Shown here: positions 1-7,777 of the stretch, piece by piece | Numbering within the stretch: position 1 is the stretch's first letter | Layout of the letters: every line of letters starts with the position of its first letter | From: a virus | Lineage: Duplodnaviria > Caudoviricetes | IMG/VR virus record: IMGVR_UViG_3300011442_000024 | Coordinates: 1 to 28,876 of that record | Reading direction: 5' to 3' (one strand) | DNA: 28,876 bases | Notes under the pieces: generated by a model | What the model was told of the DNA's origin: nothing | Seen by the model: only the letters and a program-made list of their open reading frames with translations | Databases searched by the model: none | Program-made: the position numbers and the translations under genes

Positions 1-260
1 GAGGCGTCGCCGCCGCTCTTCCCGTCCTTCTGGTCAGCAGGCTTCTGCTGGCCGTCCTTGTTGGCCTTGTCGTCGGCCGGTTTTTCTGCGGGCTTCTCGC
101 CCGGCTTCTCCGCTGGCTTCTCCGCCGGTTTCTCAGCAGGCTTCTCGGCCGGTTTTTCCGCTGGCTTCTCGCCGTCCTTGTTGCCGCCGCCAGATCCGTC
201 CGCGTTGGCGTCAGCGAACACGGGGGCTTGGAGGAACCCGTATCGCATCCACGTCTTCAT
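1..260 (-). CDS. Putative capsid scaffolding protein, N-terminal part (runs off the left edge)
   Basis: Not in the ORF track. ATG at 260 overlaps the upstream TGA (ATGA) and follows GGAG. Reads MKTWMRYGFLQAPVFADANADGSGGGNKDG(EKPA)n... and stays open to base 1. A low-complexity N-terminus after portal and Bbp19-like genes is the usual scaffold position. Confidence 0.7.
   Translation of the reverse strand, partial: MKTWMRYGFLQAPVFADANADGSGGGNKDGEKPAEKPAEKPAEKPAEKPAEKPGEKPAEKPADDKANKDGQQKPADQKDGKSGGDA
75..170 (-). repeat. 8 x 12-bp coding tandem repeat encoding EKPA (one EKPG)
   Basis: Units GAR AAR CCN GCN vary only at synonymous positions except one GGC, so the repeat is constrained at protein level. 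Confidence 0.9.
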
Positions 261-631
261 GTCTTCTTCTCCTGTGCGCTCGGTGTCCGAGCAGCTTCTG
301 CGCCCTTGTCATCGAACCGCGCGCGAGCGCGGGCTTCTGCACGGGCCTGCGCCCATGCGTCTTCGTCAGCGTCCTCGAACAACCGAAACAGCTCGAAGCC
401 GAAGTCCTGCCGCCCGGCCTTGAAGTACGTCACCGAGCCGGAGTGATCGAAGATCCCGGCCTGCACGCCAGCGGCCTGCACGATGCCCCACAGGACCGCG
501 CGCCCTTCGTAGGTCGACAGGACCGACTGGACGTACGCCGCGAGCTGCGCCTCGCGCCGACGGTCGGTGCGGGCCGCTTGTCCGACCTGGCCCGGGTCGG
601 CGGCGTTGCGAACAGCAGCACGGTCAGCCAT
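257..631 (-). CDS. Bbp19-like conserved phage head-region protein (124 aa)
   Basis: Start reassigned to ATG 631 (TGATG coupling). Motifs VLSTYEGRAVLW and TYFKAGRQDFG resemble the small protein found between portal and scaffold in BPP-1-like phages. Confidence 0.7.
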   Translation of the reverse strand: MADRAAVRNAADPGQVGQAARTDRRREAQLAAYVQSVLSTYEGRAVLWGIVQAAGVQAGIFDHSGSVTYFKAGRQDFGFELFRLFEDADEDAWAQARAEARARARFDDKGAEAARTPSAQEKKT

Positions 632-1503
632 CACAGGCCCGTGTTGACCAGCCGGTACCGCACCAGGACGCGCACGACGCCCGCAGCGGTGCCGGGGTCG
701 GTGAACGCGGCCGAGCTGACGAGCGACAGGCCCTTGGCGACCGTCCGCACCGTCGCACCGGCGGCCAGCGGCACGAACGTGGCGACCTTGTCGGTGGCCG
801 CCCCGAGCGAGTTCGCCGCGCTCACGAGGCCCGTGAGTGCCGCGCCGCCGGTCTCGTTCACGGTGATGTTGCCGCCAGCGGTGTACGCCGCCGTCGCGCG
901 GTCGCTGATGACCACGGCGCTCACCAGCTCGCATATCTGCGCCGCGCCGACCGCCGCGTCGGCGACCAGCGCGTAGCCGTTGGCGTGGCCGAAGTCTCCG
1001 GCGGCCGTGCCGATGATGGCGGCCTTGCTGATGGTGATCAGCTCGACGAACTCCTCGACGCTGCCCGGCAGGAGCTGCGAGACGCCGCCCTCCAGGACCA
1101 TCGGGAAGTGGAACACGATGCCGCCGTCGTCGCGACGCGACATGATCGGCCGTCCCTGGTCGTCGCGCATGAGGACACCGACCACGTCGCCAGTGACCTG
1201 GCTGATCGTGTAGTCGATGTCATCGGCGCTGCCCGCGTCCGTGCATTGGAGCATGTACTGCGCGCGGCTGTTCGGCGCGTCGTTCGTGATCACGCGCGCG
1301 GCCTCGGTGGCGGCGATGGCGACGGACGTGCCGTCCCAGGTCTCAATGATCTCCCACGAGCTGCCGCCGGTCAGGCTGCGCAGCAACGTGACGATGCCGT
1401 CGAACGTCTCGCCTGCGGCTGGCGCGACCAGCACGGAGATCGAGTTCAGGGCCTTGACGGGTTCGACTGCACTGAATCCTGTCGCTGAGAATGTGCCGGT
1501 CAT
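631..1503 (-). CDS. Hypothetical beta-rich virion protein, possibly capsid decoration (290 aa)
   Basis: ATGA-coupled to portal with a GGAG RBS. Rich in A/G/T/V and located in the head operon. Confidence 0.6.
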   Translation of the reverse strand: MTGTFSATGFSAVEPVKALNSISVLVAPAAGETFDGIVTLLRSLTGGSSWEIIETWDGTSVAIAATEAARVITNDAPNSRAQYMLQCTDAGSADDIDYTISQVTGDVVGVLMRDDQGRPIMSRRDDGGIVFHFPMVLEGGVSQLLPGSVEEFVELITISKAAIIGTAAGDFGHANGYALVADAAVGAAQICELVSAVVISDRATAAYTAGGNITVNETGGAALTGLVSAANSLGAATDKVATFVPLAAGATVRTVAKGLSLVSSAAFTDPGTAAGVVRVLVRYRLVNTGL

Positions 1504-3263
1504 TGAACTGCTCCTGCTCCTTGGCCCATCACCGCGTCGAGCGCCGACGAGCCATCCTGAAGTTTCGAGTCGCTGAGGTTCTTGCCTGCCTTCGCCATCT
1601 GCTCGGCCTGCTGCGCTTGCATCATTCCGGCGGCGGCCTGGTCGCGGTTGTCCGCGATCTCCTTCGCTTCTTCCTTGGTGCGCACCACCTTTGGGTTTGC
1701 TCCGAGCATGTCTTGGTACTCCTCGACGATCACGCGCGCGTCGATGCTGTCCTTCATCTCCGGCAGCGCCTCGAAGTACGGCACCGTCGACGCAACGAAG
1801 CGATCCATCGACGCGACGCCGACGTACTTCTGCGCCTGCGCCATGATCGAGATGAACTCGACCTTGAGGTCCACGTCCTGGAGCTGGTCGGGCGCGGGAG
1901 GAATGAGGCCGTTCTCGTCCATCATCAGGTAGACGCGGTCGATCAACGGTTCGAGCAGCTCGTCGTTCGTGCGTTCGAGGACGGGGCCGAGCGCGAGCAG
2001 CTTCTCTTCGTGGCGCTCTTCGATCTCGCGCGCGGTCACCGGCTGCATGCCGCGCGACGGGTCCGACTGCGCGAGCATCAGGAACAGGTCCTCGTAGAAC
2101 GCGCGCTTGATGCGGTACTCGACGCGGTCCATCTCAATCGACAGGTGGTTCATGTCGATGTTGATTTCGTGAACCGAGCGCAGGCCCTGGTTGCCGTCGC
2201 GCACGTTCACATACGTCACGTCCCCGGCGAGCAGCGAGACCTTCTGCGTCCGCAGCTCGGTCGGTCCCTGCAGCGGCGGGTCGATCATCTTCTCCAGCGC
2301 CTTGGCCTTCTTCTTCTCCATGCCCTGGAGCTGCTTCTGGTCCGGCAGCGCGTCCATGCCGGGGCAGGCGACGCCGTACGTGTCCTCGCCGGTGATGTCC
2401 CAGCGCGGCGCGAGGACCGGGAAGGTGCGGAAGCCCGACTCGCGCAGGAAGGTGTTCTCGCGGTTCTCGCCCAGCTCCCAGTAGCAGGACTTGAACGGCA
2501 TGTACTTCGCCTGCATGTACCGGTCGTTGCGGTCCTCGTTGGGCTGCACCATCCAGGTGATGTCGACCGGCGCTTCGTAGCTGCCGCGTGACCACAGGTT
2601 GCGCACGGTGAGCGAGATGCCCGACCAGTCGATGGCCTTGTTGCGTTGCGCGACCGTGCCGCCTGGCCCGCCGAACTGCTCGACGATCTGTCGCACGGTG
2701 AGCTGGTAGTCGCGGACGAACACGGAGACGCGGCCTCGGTGATCGCAGCCGAGCGCGTACGTCCCGATGGGGTACGTGTACGCGCGGAAGAGATCCTGCG
2801 TGTCGTCGAGGATCGACATCGCGGCGGTGCCGAACAGCCCGAAGTCGCCGTAGCACACCGGCAGCGCGTTGTAGAGGTTGCTGGCAGAGAAGACGGTCTG
2901 CATGCGCTGCGTCACAAGATGCAGCCATTCTTTGACGGGGCCGTACTCCGCCAGCGTGGGGTCCGGCGTTCCCAGCTTGAACCAGGGCCGCGCCGGTGAC
3001 GTCAGGCCAGCGTGAAGACCTGACTGCAGCGTGCGGTGCGCGAAGCGTCCGGCGCTGTTGATGATCTTCTGGTTCCGCTTGTCGCCCTTGTTCTTGTCGC
3101 TCGTCCAAAAGCGCGTGCGGCGCGGGTTGAAGTAGTCGCCGATCTCGCGCCAGTGCGCCTCGAACGAGCTGCGCTCCTGGATGAGTGCGGCCTTGTAGGT
3201 CTCGTACCGCTGGCGCTTCGTGCCGCCGTAGACGTCGCCGAGGGTCAGGGCGGCCGTACTCAC
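1500..3263 (-). CDS. Portal (head-to-tail connector), Bbp21/T7 gp8-like
   Basis: 587 aa with motifs LTSPARPWF, YGDFGLFGTA, PRW..GEDTYG..PG, IKRAFYEDLFLM and TAREIEERHEEKLLALGPVLER. Confidence 0.95.
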   Translation of the reverse strand: MSTAALTLGDVYGGTKRQRYETYKAALIQERSSFEAHWREIGDYFNPRRTRFWTSDKNKGDKRNQKIINSAGRFAHRTLQSGLHAGLTSPARPWFKLGTPDPTLAEYGPVKEWLHLVTQRMQTVFSASNLYNALPVCYGDFGLFGTAAMSILDDTQDLFRAYTYPIGTYALGCDHRGRVSVFVRDYQLTVRQIVEQFGGPGGTVAQRNKAIDWSGISLTVRNLWSRGSYEAPVDITWMVQPNEDRNDRYMQAKYMPFKSCYWELGENRENTFLRESGFRTFPVLAPRWDITGEDTYGVACPGMDALPDQKQLQGMEKKKAKALEKMIDPPLQGPTELRTQKVSLLAGDVTYVNVRDGNQGLRSVHEINIDMNHLSIEMDRVEYRIKRAFYEDLFLMLAQSDPSRGMQPVTAREIEERHEEKLLALGPVLERTNDELLEPLIDRVYLMMDENGLIPPAPDQLQDVDLKVEFISIMAQAQKYVGVASMDRFVASTVPYFEALPEMKDSIDARVIVEEYQDMLGANPKVVRTKEEAKEIADNRDQAAAGMMQAQQAEQMAKAGKNLSDSKLQDGSSALDAVMGQGAGAVQ

Positions 3264-3604
3264 AGGCCCACCAGGGTGCGCGGCTTGAACGTGGCGTTGG
3301 TAGACGTCGCGCCGGGCGGCAGGTGGACGTTCAGTGATCCGCGCTTCGCCCTCTTCCGCATCTGCTCCGAGGCAGCATCCGCTGCGCCCTTCGCGCCACC
3401 AGCGTCGAGGCTGGGCGGTGCGCCGGTCTCAGCGCCGATAGTTTGACCGCTGCCGCGCGGGACGGCGTAGCCGAGGATCGGCGCATCAGGAGGACGCTGG
3501 CGGCCCCGGTTCGGGGTCGTGGTCGGTGGCGTGGTCGTCCCGCCCGCTGCCGTCCGGCCTGCGGTCGTTGGAGTCGTCGCGACCTTGCTGCTGAACAGCG
3601 ACAT
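3260..3604 (-). CDS. Hypothetical low-complexity protein upstream of portal (114 aa)
   Basis: GAGG RBS before ATG 3604. The stop overlaps the portal GTG. C-terminus RKRAKRG...PRTLVG resembles small pre-portal proteins of this phage group. Confidence 0.65.
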   Translation of the reverse strand: MSLFSSKVATTPTTAGRTAAGGTTTPPTTTPNRGRQRPPDAPILGYAVPRGSGQTIGAETGAPPSLDAGGAKGAADAASEQMRKRAKRGSLNVHLPPGATSTNATFKPRTLVGL

Positions 3605-4046
3605 CGAGCCTCTTGAGGAAAGCGATTTCCACTGCCTCGAAGCCTCGCCGCTCCAGGACCCTGCCGACCTCCGTGCCGTACGGCGTCGACATCTTTACCA
3701 CGTCGACTTTGTGTTGGGAACACCACACTAGGGCGGCGTCGACCAGGCGCAGGCCAGCGGTCCCGCGCTCCTCGGGATTGACCCACCAGGCGACCTCCTC
3801 GGCGAACGTGTCGTTGCTCATGTAGCTGGGCTGGACGACCATCGCGAGCGCGCCGATCAGGACGTCATCGCGCAGCGCCACGAACAGCACGCCGAACTGC
3901 ATGATCAGCGGCACGAGCGTCGACTCCAGCTTCTCGGGGGTGGCGTTGCTCCACTTGCCGAGCTTGGTCTCGCGCGCGAACCGCATCCCGAGCTTGATGA
4001 CGGCCGGGGTGTCTTCCACTTCGCCGAGTCGGATCTCTAGTCCCAC
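3486..4046 (-). CDS. GNAT-family N-acetyltransferase
   Basis: IRLGEVEDTPAV N-terminus, EVAWWVNPEERGTAGLRLV (acetyl-CoA motif A) and LERRGF (motif B). GGAG RBS before the GTG. Confidence 0.8.
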   Translation of the reverse strand: MGLEIRLGEVEDTPAVIKLGMRFARETKLGKWSNATPEKLESTLVPLIMQFGVLFVALRDDVLIGALAMVVQPSYMSNDTFAEEVAWWVNPEERGTAGLRLVDAALVWCSQHKVDVVKMSTPYGTEVGRVLERRGFEAVEIAFLKRLDVAVQQQGRDDSNDRRPDGSGRDDHATDHDPEPGPPASS

Positions 4047-5539
4047 GGGTTCTCCTGTCCTTCGCGTTCAGTGACCGCGCGCCCGCCGCGTCCCGAGCTG
4101 CGCGTGTTCTTGCCTGCGATGTGTGCGAGCGCGTCGGCGGGCATGTCCGGGATCGCGAACGTGAGCGCGAGCGCGTCGGCCAGATCCGGCGACCGGCCGA
4201 TCTTGATCTTGATCTGGTCCTTCTCTTCGAGGAGGAACTTGCCGTTGTGGAACGTGTACGTCGCCGCGCACAGCTCCTGCATCAGCCCGGCGGTCTTCGG
4301 CAGCCGGAGGCCTTGCTTGATCGCGCGCGTCATCTCGATCCACATCTCCGCGCGCCGGTTGTGGTACCGCACGTTGAGCGCCTTGTCGCTGAACACGACG
4401 CCCATCGCCGGATACCCGCCGGTGATCAGGTTGTCGATGACGCCGTGGCCCCAGTGACCCGTGTCGTCGACGAGGATCAGCTCCGCGTCCCACTTCACCA
4501 GCGCGTTGGCTGCAGCAGCGGCGATGTCCGTCGTCCGCTGCGTGCGCATCGTGATCGGCTTGTCGCTGTACATGCCCTGGCGCGGGAAGATGACGCTGCG
4601 GTCGTCGCCGAACCGCGCGACGTCGACGCCGAGCCGCTTCTGCGAGTGCGCGTAGTTCTCGGGACGGATGATCCGGTTCTGCGCGATCTCGACTTCCTCT
4701 TCGCTCACGAGCGCGTTGATGGCGGCCGGAGGGAACTTGCCGAGGATGTAGGCCTGCACCCACGGGTTGTCGCGGCCGTACTGTTTGATCTGCTGCTTCG
4801 CCCAGGCCAGCGGGCCAGGACCGACGCGCGGCGAATGCACCCAGGCCTTCGGGTCGTTCGGGTCGCCGGTGATCTTGATGACGATCCACTGGTCGCTCAG
4901 CTCGTACGCGGCCGCGCGCAGCATGCCTTCGAGCGAGATCGGGTTGCCGCCCTGGAGCAGCCGTCCGAAGATGCACGTCGACAGCGCCTGCTCCGCCGCG
5001 CGCAGCACCGTCGTCGGAATGCCGCCGCTCTCGTCGACGATGACGAACGGGTACGGCGAGTGCAGCCCGCTGAACGTCTGCCCCTGCTGCTCAGCGTTCG
5101 CGGTCTTCGGCCAGGTGCGCGCTTCGAGTCGCCAGGTCGCCGGATGGTCCTTGCAGAAGATGGCGGTCGCGGTCCAGGTGAACACCTCTGAGAGGAACGC
5201 GCTCACGCCTTGCCACTTCGCGAACTCCGCCCACAGGTTCGCCTTCAGGTTGTCGCCGGTGATCGACGTCGCCAGGCCCTTGGGGTGCGCGTGCTTGTCG
5301 CCCTGCGTGCAGAGGAACCACCAGCCGCACCAGCTCTCGACGGCGGTCTTGCCCGGGCCAGCGCAGGCCTGCATTGAGATGCGCGCGCGCTCCATCGCGG
5401 GGTTGCCGTACGCGAGCAGCGTCTCTTCTTGCCAGGGATCAGGGGTGACGTGGAACTGTTCGTTGACGAAGCGCAGGATGCCGCGCTCCTCCCGATAGCT
5501 GCGCAGCGCCTTCGCTGCATTCGACCACGCGCTGTTCAC
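4037..5539 (-). CDS. terL: Terminase large subunit
   Basis: Walker A ACAGPGKT, Walker B VIVDE, GNP coupling motif, and RNase H-like nuclease motifs LGVDVARFGDD and SPDLADALAL. Confidence 0.95.
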   Translation of the reverse strand: MNSAWSNAAKALRSYREERGILRFVNEQFHVTPDPWQEETLLAYGNPAMERARISMQACAGPGKTAVESWCGWWFLCTQGDKHAHPKGLATSITGDNLKANLWAEFAKWQGVSAFLSEVFTWTATAIFCKDHPATWRLEARTWPKTANAEQQGQTFSGLHSPYPFVIVDESGGIPTTVLRAAEQALSTCIFGRLLQGGNPISLEGMLRAAAYELSDQWIVIKITGDPNDPKAWVHSPRVGPGPLAWAKQQIKQYGRDNPWVQAYILGKFPPAAINALVSEEEVEIAQNRIIRPENYAHSQKRLGVDVARFGDDRSVIFPRQGMYSDKPITMRTQRTTDIAAAAANALVKWDAELILVDDTGHWGHGVIDNLITGGYPAMGVVFSDKALNVRYHNRRAEMWIEMTRAIKQGLRLPKTAGLMQELCAATYTFHNGKFLLEEKDQIKIKIGRSPDLADALALTFAIPDMPADALAHIAGKNTRSSGRGGRAVTEREGQENPWD

Positions 5540-5913
5540 TCCGCTTCTTTCCGTGACTCGGCGAGCAGATCCTCGAACGTCTTGTCGCGCAGGTTCACGG
5601 TCACACTGTGGCGGCCGCGCACCTTGTTGAGTTCCTTCCAGGCCCCGAGCTGCGTCTTCTCGTCGTACGCATGCTCCGCGAGATTGCGGACGCGCTCGTC
5701 GATGTACTCGTTGGTCAGATCGGTCTGCTTTTCACGCCTCGCGACACGGCGCGCGACGGCCTGTTGAATGTGGACTTTTTTCAACCACTTGTTGCCCACA
5801 GTTCCGGCGCTCTTCTTCGGCACGCCAGCGGTGATCGCGGCCCGGGTGGCGTTCCACTTCGCTGCGCCGACCAGGGCGTCGACGAAGACCGACTGCTTCC
5901 GGGTGAGCTTCAT
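5536..5913 (-). CDS. terS: Terminase small subunit
   Basis: LTRKQSVFV...NATRAAITAG...A.TVG.KWLKK..IQ HTH signature, directly upstream of terL. Confidence 0.9.
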   Translation of the reverse strand: MKLTRKQSVFVDALVGAAKWNATRAAITAGVPKKSAGTVGNKWLKKVHIQQAVARRVARREKQTDLTNEYIDERVRNLAEHAYDEKTQLGAWKELNKVRGRHSVTVNLRDKTFEDLLAESRKEAE

Positions 5914-6239
5914 GGCGCACCTGGGTGCCAGCAGGGCTGGGTGCCTTGCTTGAGGATGGCGCAGAGGCCGGGCCGGTCGCAGTCGCGGCAGGGCATGAAC
6001 TGCACGTCACCGCCCAGCGGGCCGGTCTTGAGGGTCTCGCCGCGCACGGGGCCGACGTTGGTCGCGAGGTACGCCGCCGTCTTGTGCCAGGGGCCGCTGA
6101 TGCTGTCCGAATACTCCAGGCCGGTTTCCGTGGTGCGCACGTAGCGCATCGGGAAGGCCTGGCGGTCGATGGCCCGTGAGAGTGCGGTCGCGAGCTTCTC
6201 CAGCGCCGCGATCAGGCGCGTTTCGTTTTCGCGGTCCAT
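5910..6239 (-). CDS. Hypothetical protein with C-terminal Cys cluster (109 aa)
   Basis: Start reassigned to ATG 6239 (TGATG coupling). Contains CRDC..C..C and has an ATGA overlap with terS. Confidence 0.6.
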   Translation of the reverse strand: MDRENETRLIAALEKLATALSRAIDRQAFPMRYVRTTETGLEYSDSISGPWHKTAAYLATNVGPVRGETLKTGPLGGDVQFMPCRDCDRPGLCAILKQGTQPCWHPGAP

Positions 6240-6424
6240 CAGGACCGCCCGTCGTACGAGTACTCGACGATCTCGTCGCAGTCGAGGCAGACCCACGCGC
6301 GGCCCTCACGTACGCGACGCATCTGGCGCGCGAGGTGGAGGCAGATTTCCTTGGGCGGCGCGACGGGCTGCTCAGCCGGTGGCTGGGGCTTGCGAGTGAG
6401 CAGGTGTCGAAAGAACACGAGCAT
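6239..6424 (-). CDS. Small putative Zn-ribbon protein (61 aa)
   Basis: CLH...WVCLDC motif, tightly packed with its neighbours. Confidence 0.6.
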   Translation of the reverse strand: MLVFFRHLLTRKPQPPAEQPVAPPKEICLHLARQMRRVREGRAWVCLDCDEIVEYSYDGRS

Positions 6425-6427
6425 GAC

Positions 6428-6544
6428 CTATCCCTTCGTGGTGAGGCGTGCGACGAGGTAGTGCGCGAAGGCCCAGCCGAGGCCGGTGCAGAAGCCGACG
6501 GCGAGCCACACGAGCGCGAGCTGCGGGGTGAGGACGGACGGCAT
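6428..6544 (-). CDS. Small single-TM protein (38 aa)
   Basis: Not in the ORF track. AAGGAG RBS then MPSVLTPQLALVWLAVGFCTGLGWAFAHYLVARLTTKG*. Confidence 0.65.
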   Translation of the reverse strand: MPSVLTPQLALVWLAVGFCTGLGWAFAHYLVARLTTKG

Positions 6545-6546
6545 GG

Positions 6547-6717
6547 TTACTCCTTGGGCTTGTTCCCTTCACAACCTGGCGCGGGGCAGCGGAACTCGGT
6601 ACCGGGACGCGGCGCGGCCTGCTGGCTGCTGTCCCACTTGTACCAGTGACCGCAGCCGAGGATGAGGAACGCGCGCGAGCGATTGTAGATTTTGGCGACG
6701 TGCAGGATTTCAGTCAT
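6547..6717 (-). CDS. Small putative Zn-binding protein (56 aa)
   Basis: Not in the ORF track. GAGGTG RBS then MTEILHVAKIYNRSRAFLILGCGHWYKW...FRCPAPGCEGNKPKE*. Confidence 0.65.
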   Translation of the reverse strand: MTEILHVAKIYNRSRAFLILGCGHWYKWDSSQQAAPRPGTEFRCPAPGCEGNKPKE

Positions 6718-6739
6718 CGATCACCTCACGAAACGAAAG

Positions 6740-6960
6740 GCGGCGCGCCGGACAGGACTCGAACCTGTCTATCGCCCATCGACGCGGAACGTCACGCGCG
6801 CGAGGTGCTGGGCTTCGCCAGGCGGCCGCTCGTCAGCGGCCCGGCGCGCTGTCGCGGTCAGCTCCAGGGACATGACCCCCTGGAGCCTTGCGCGGGCTGG
6901 TGGGCCTCGGCGGGAACCAGGACGAACGTCACGTCCTGGCGACCCTCCCCGCGTTGGCCC
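6740..6960 (-). ncRNA. Structured ncRNA with a tRNA-like 3' domain (not a canonical tRNA)
   Basis: Intergenic. T-arm ACAGG-TTCGAGT-CCTGT, acceptor-like stem GCGCGCCGG (6849-6841)/CCGGCGCGC (6751-6743), hairpin GCCGCT-GACG-AGCGGC, and two long upstream hairpins. There is no normal anticodon loop or CCA. Confidence 0.65.
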
Positions 6961-6965
6961 GTACG

Positions 6966-7445
6966 TCACCGATGCCCGAACAGCCCGGCGAGGAACGTGA
7001 GGACCGTCCTGATCCACTTGATCGGGCCGACCTGCGGTCCTGTGTCCGGCACCATGACGTAGAAGTCGGTGGTGACCGTGGGCTGCGTGAACGATCCGTC
7101 GGCGAGCAGGAACCCCCCTATCGAGAGCTGGAAGTCGTGCCTGCCGTTGGTGAGCTGCGGGGCCGGGAGCTGGCTGACCGGAATGTTCACGCGGAACTGC
7201 GTGGTTGATCCCGGCGTCTGCTCCCAGGTCGGCGTCACGGTCATCGTCAGGTTGTCGACCTTGAGCGACACCGGCAAGGCCTGCGCCTCGGCGAGTGTCG
7301 GCACGGTCACGTCCTGACAGATCGTGAAGCCCTTGTTGATGACGATGTTCTTTGACTGCGCGTACGCGGTGACGCCGCCGGTGACTGCGTACCCGGCCAA
7401 CAGGCCGAGCAGCAAGCCGAGGACGTTCTGAGTGTGCCTCTTCAT
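6966..7445 (-). CDS. Exported/membrane protein with Sec-type signal peptide (159 aa)
   Basis: GGAGG RBS. MKRH followed by a hydrophobic stretch and AYA cleavage site, a beta-rich body and an amphipathic C-terminal helix WIRTVLTFLAGLFG. Confidence 0.75.
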   Translation of the reverse strand: MKRHTQNVLGLLLGLLAGYAVTGGVTAYAQSKNIVINKGFTICQDVTVPTLAEAQALPVSLKVDNLTMTVTPTWEQTPGSTTQFRVNIPVSQLPAPQLTNGRHDFQLSIGGFLLADGSFTQPTVTTDFYVMVPDTGPQVGPIKWIRTVLTFLAGLFGHR

Positions 7446-7777
7446 TCTGCCTCCAGGTATTTCAGATCATCGAGCAGCTCGTTGCGCACGAGACCGGTGA
7501 ACTCTTCCGGCCTCTGCCCTCCGCCGCTGTAGACGTAGTACTCGGGTAGTCCCTCGTTGAGCGCGCGCCAGTACGTCTTCGGCAGCGGCGTCGCGACGCG
7601 AATCAGGCGCGGGTCAATCGGGTTGCTTTTGAACCCCGCCTGGCCGATGGTGTGGACGGTCTTCTCGCCCCAGCTCACGAGCCACAGGGACGTGAGATCC
7701 GCCGCTTTACCCTTGAGGGTAGCGACCGGCGCGACCACCAGCGCGGTGAGCGCGGCGAGGAATGTGCGGCGGTTCAT
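7442..7777 (-). CDS. Tat-signal protein made of major-capsid-protein-like fragments (111 aa)
   Basis: Start reassigned to ATG 7777 (ATGA coupling, GGAG RBS). MNRRTFLAALTALVVAP is a twin-arginine signal, and the remainder matches remembered Bbp17-type capsid motifs (see findings). Confidence 0.75.
   Translation of the reverse strand: MNRRTFLAALTALVVAPVATLKGKAADLTSLWLVSWGEKTVHTIGQAGFKSNPIDPRLIRVATPLPKTYWRALNEGLPEYYVYSGGGQRPEEFTGLVRNELLDDLKYLEAE

Noticed and set aside
58-423. Plus-strand ORF with (AGFS)n repeats
   Set aside because: It is the reverse reading of the EKPA repeat. The variation is synonymous in the minus frame, which has the RBS and coupling.
3486-4046. GNAT as the toxin of a TA pair
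   Set aside because: There is no adjacent RHH antitoxin, and GNAT genes in podovirus virion operons are common.
6740-6850. Canonical tRNA, tRNA-Sec, tmRNA or attP call
   Set aside because: It lacks an anticodon loop, D-loop invariants, the Ala G3-U70 acceptor and a tag ORF, and there is no integrase in the window. It is kept only as a tRNA-like ncRNA.
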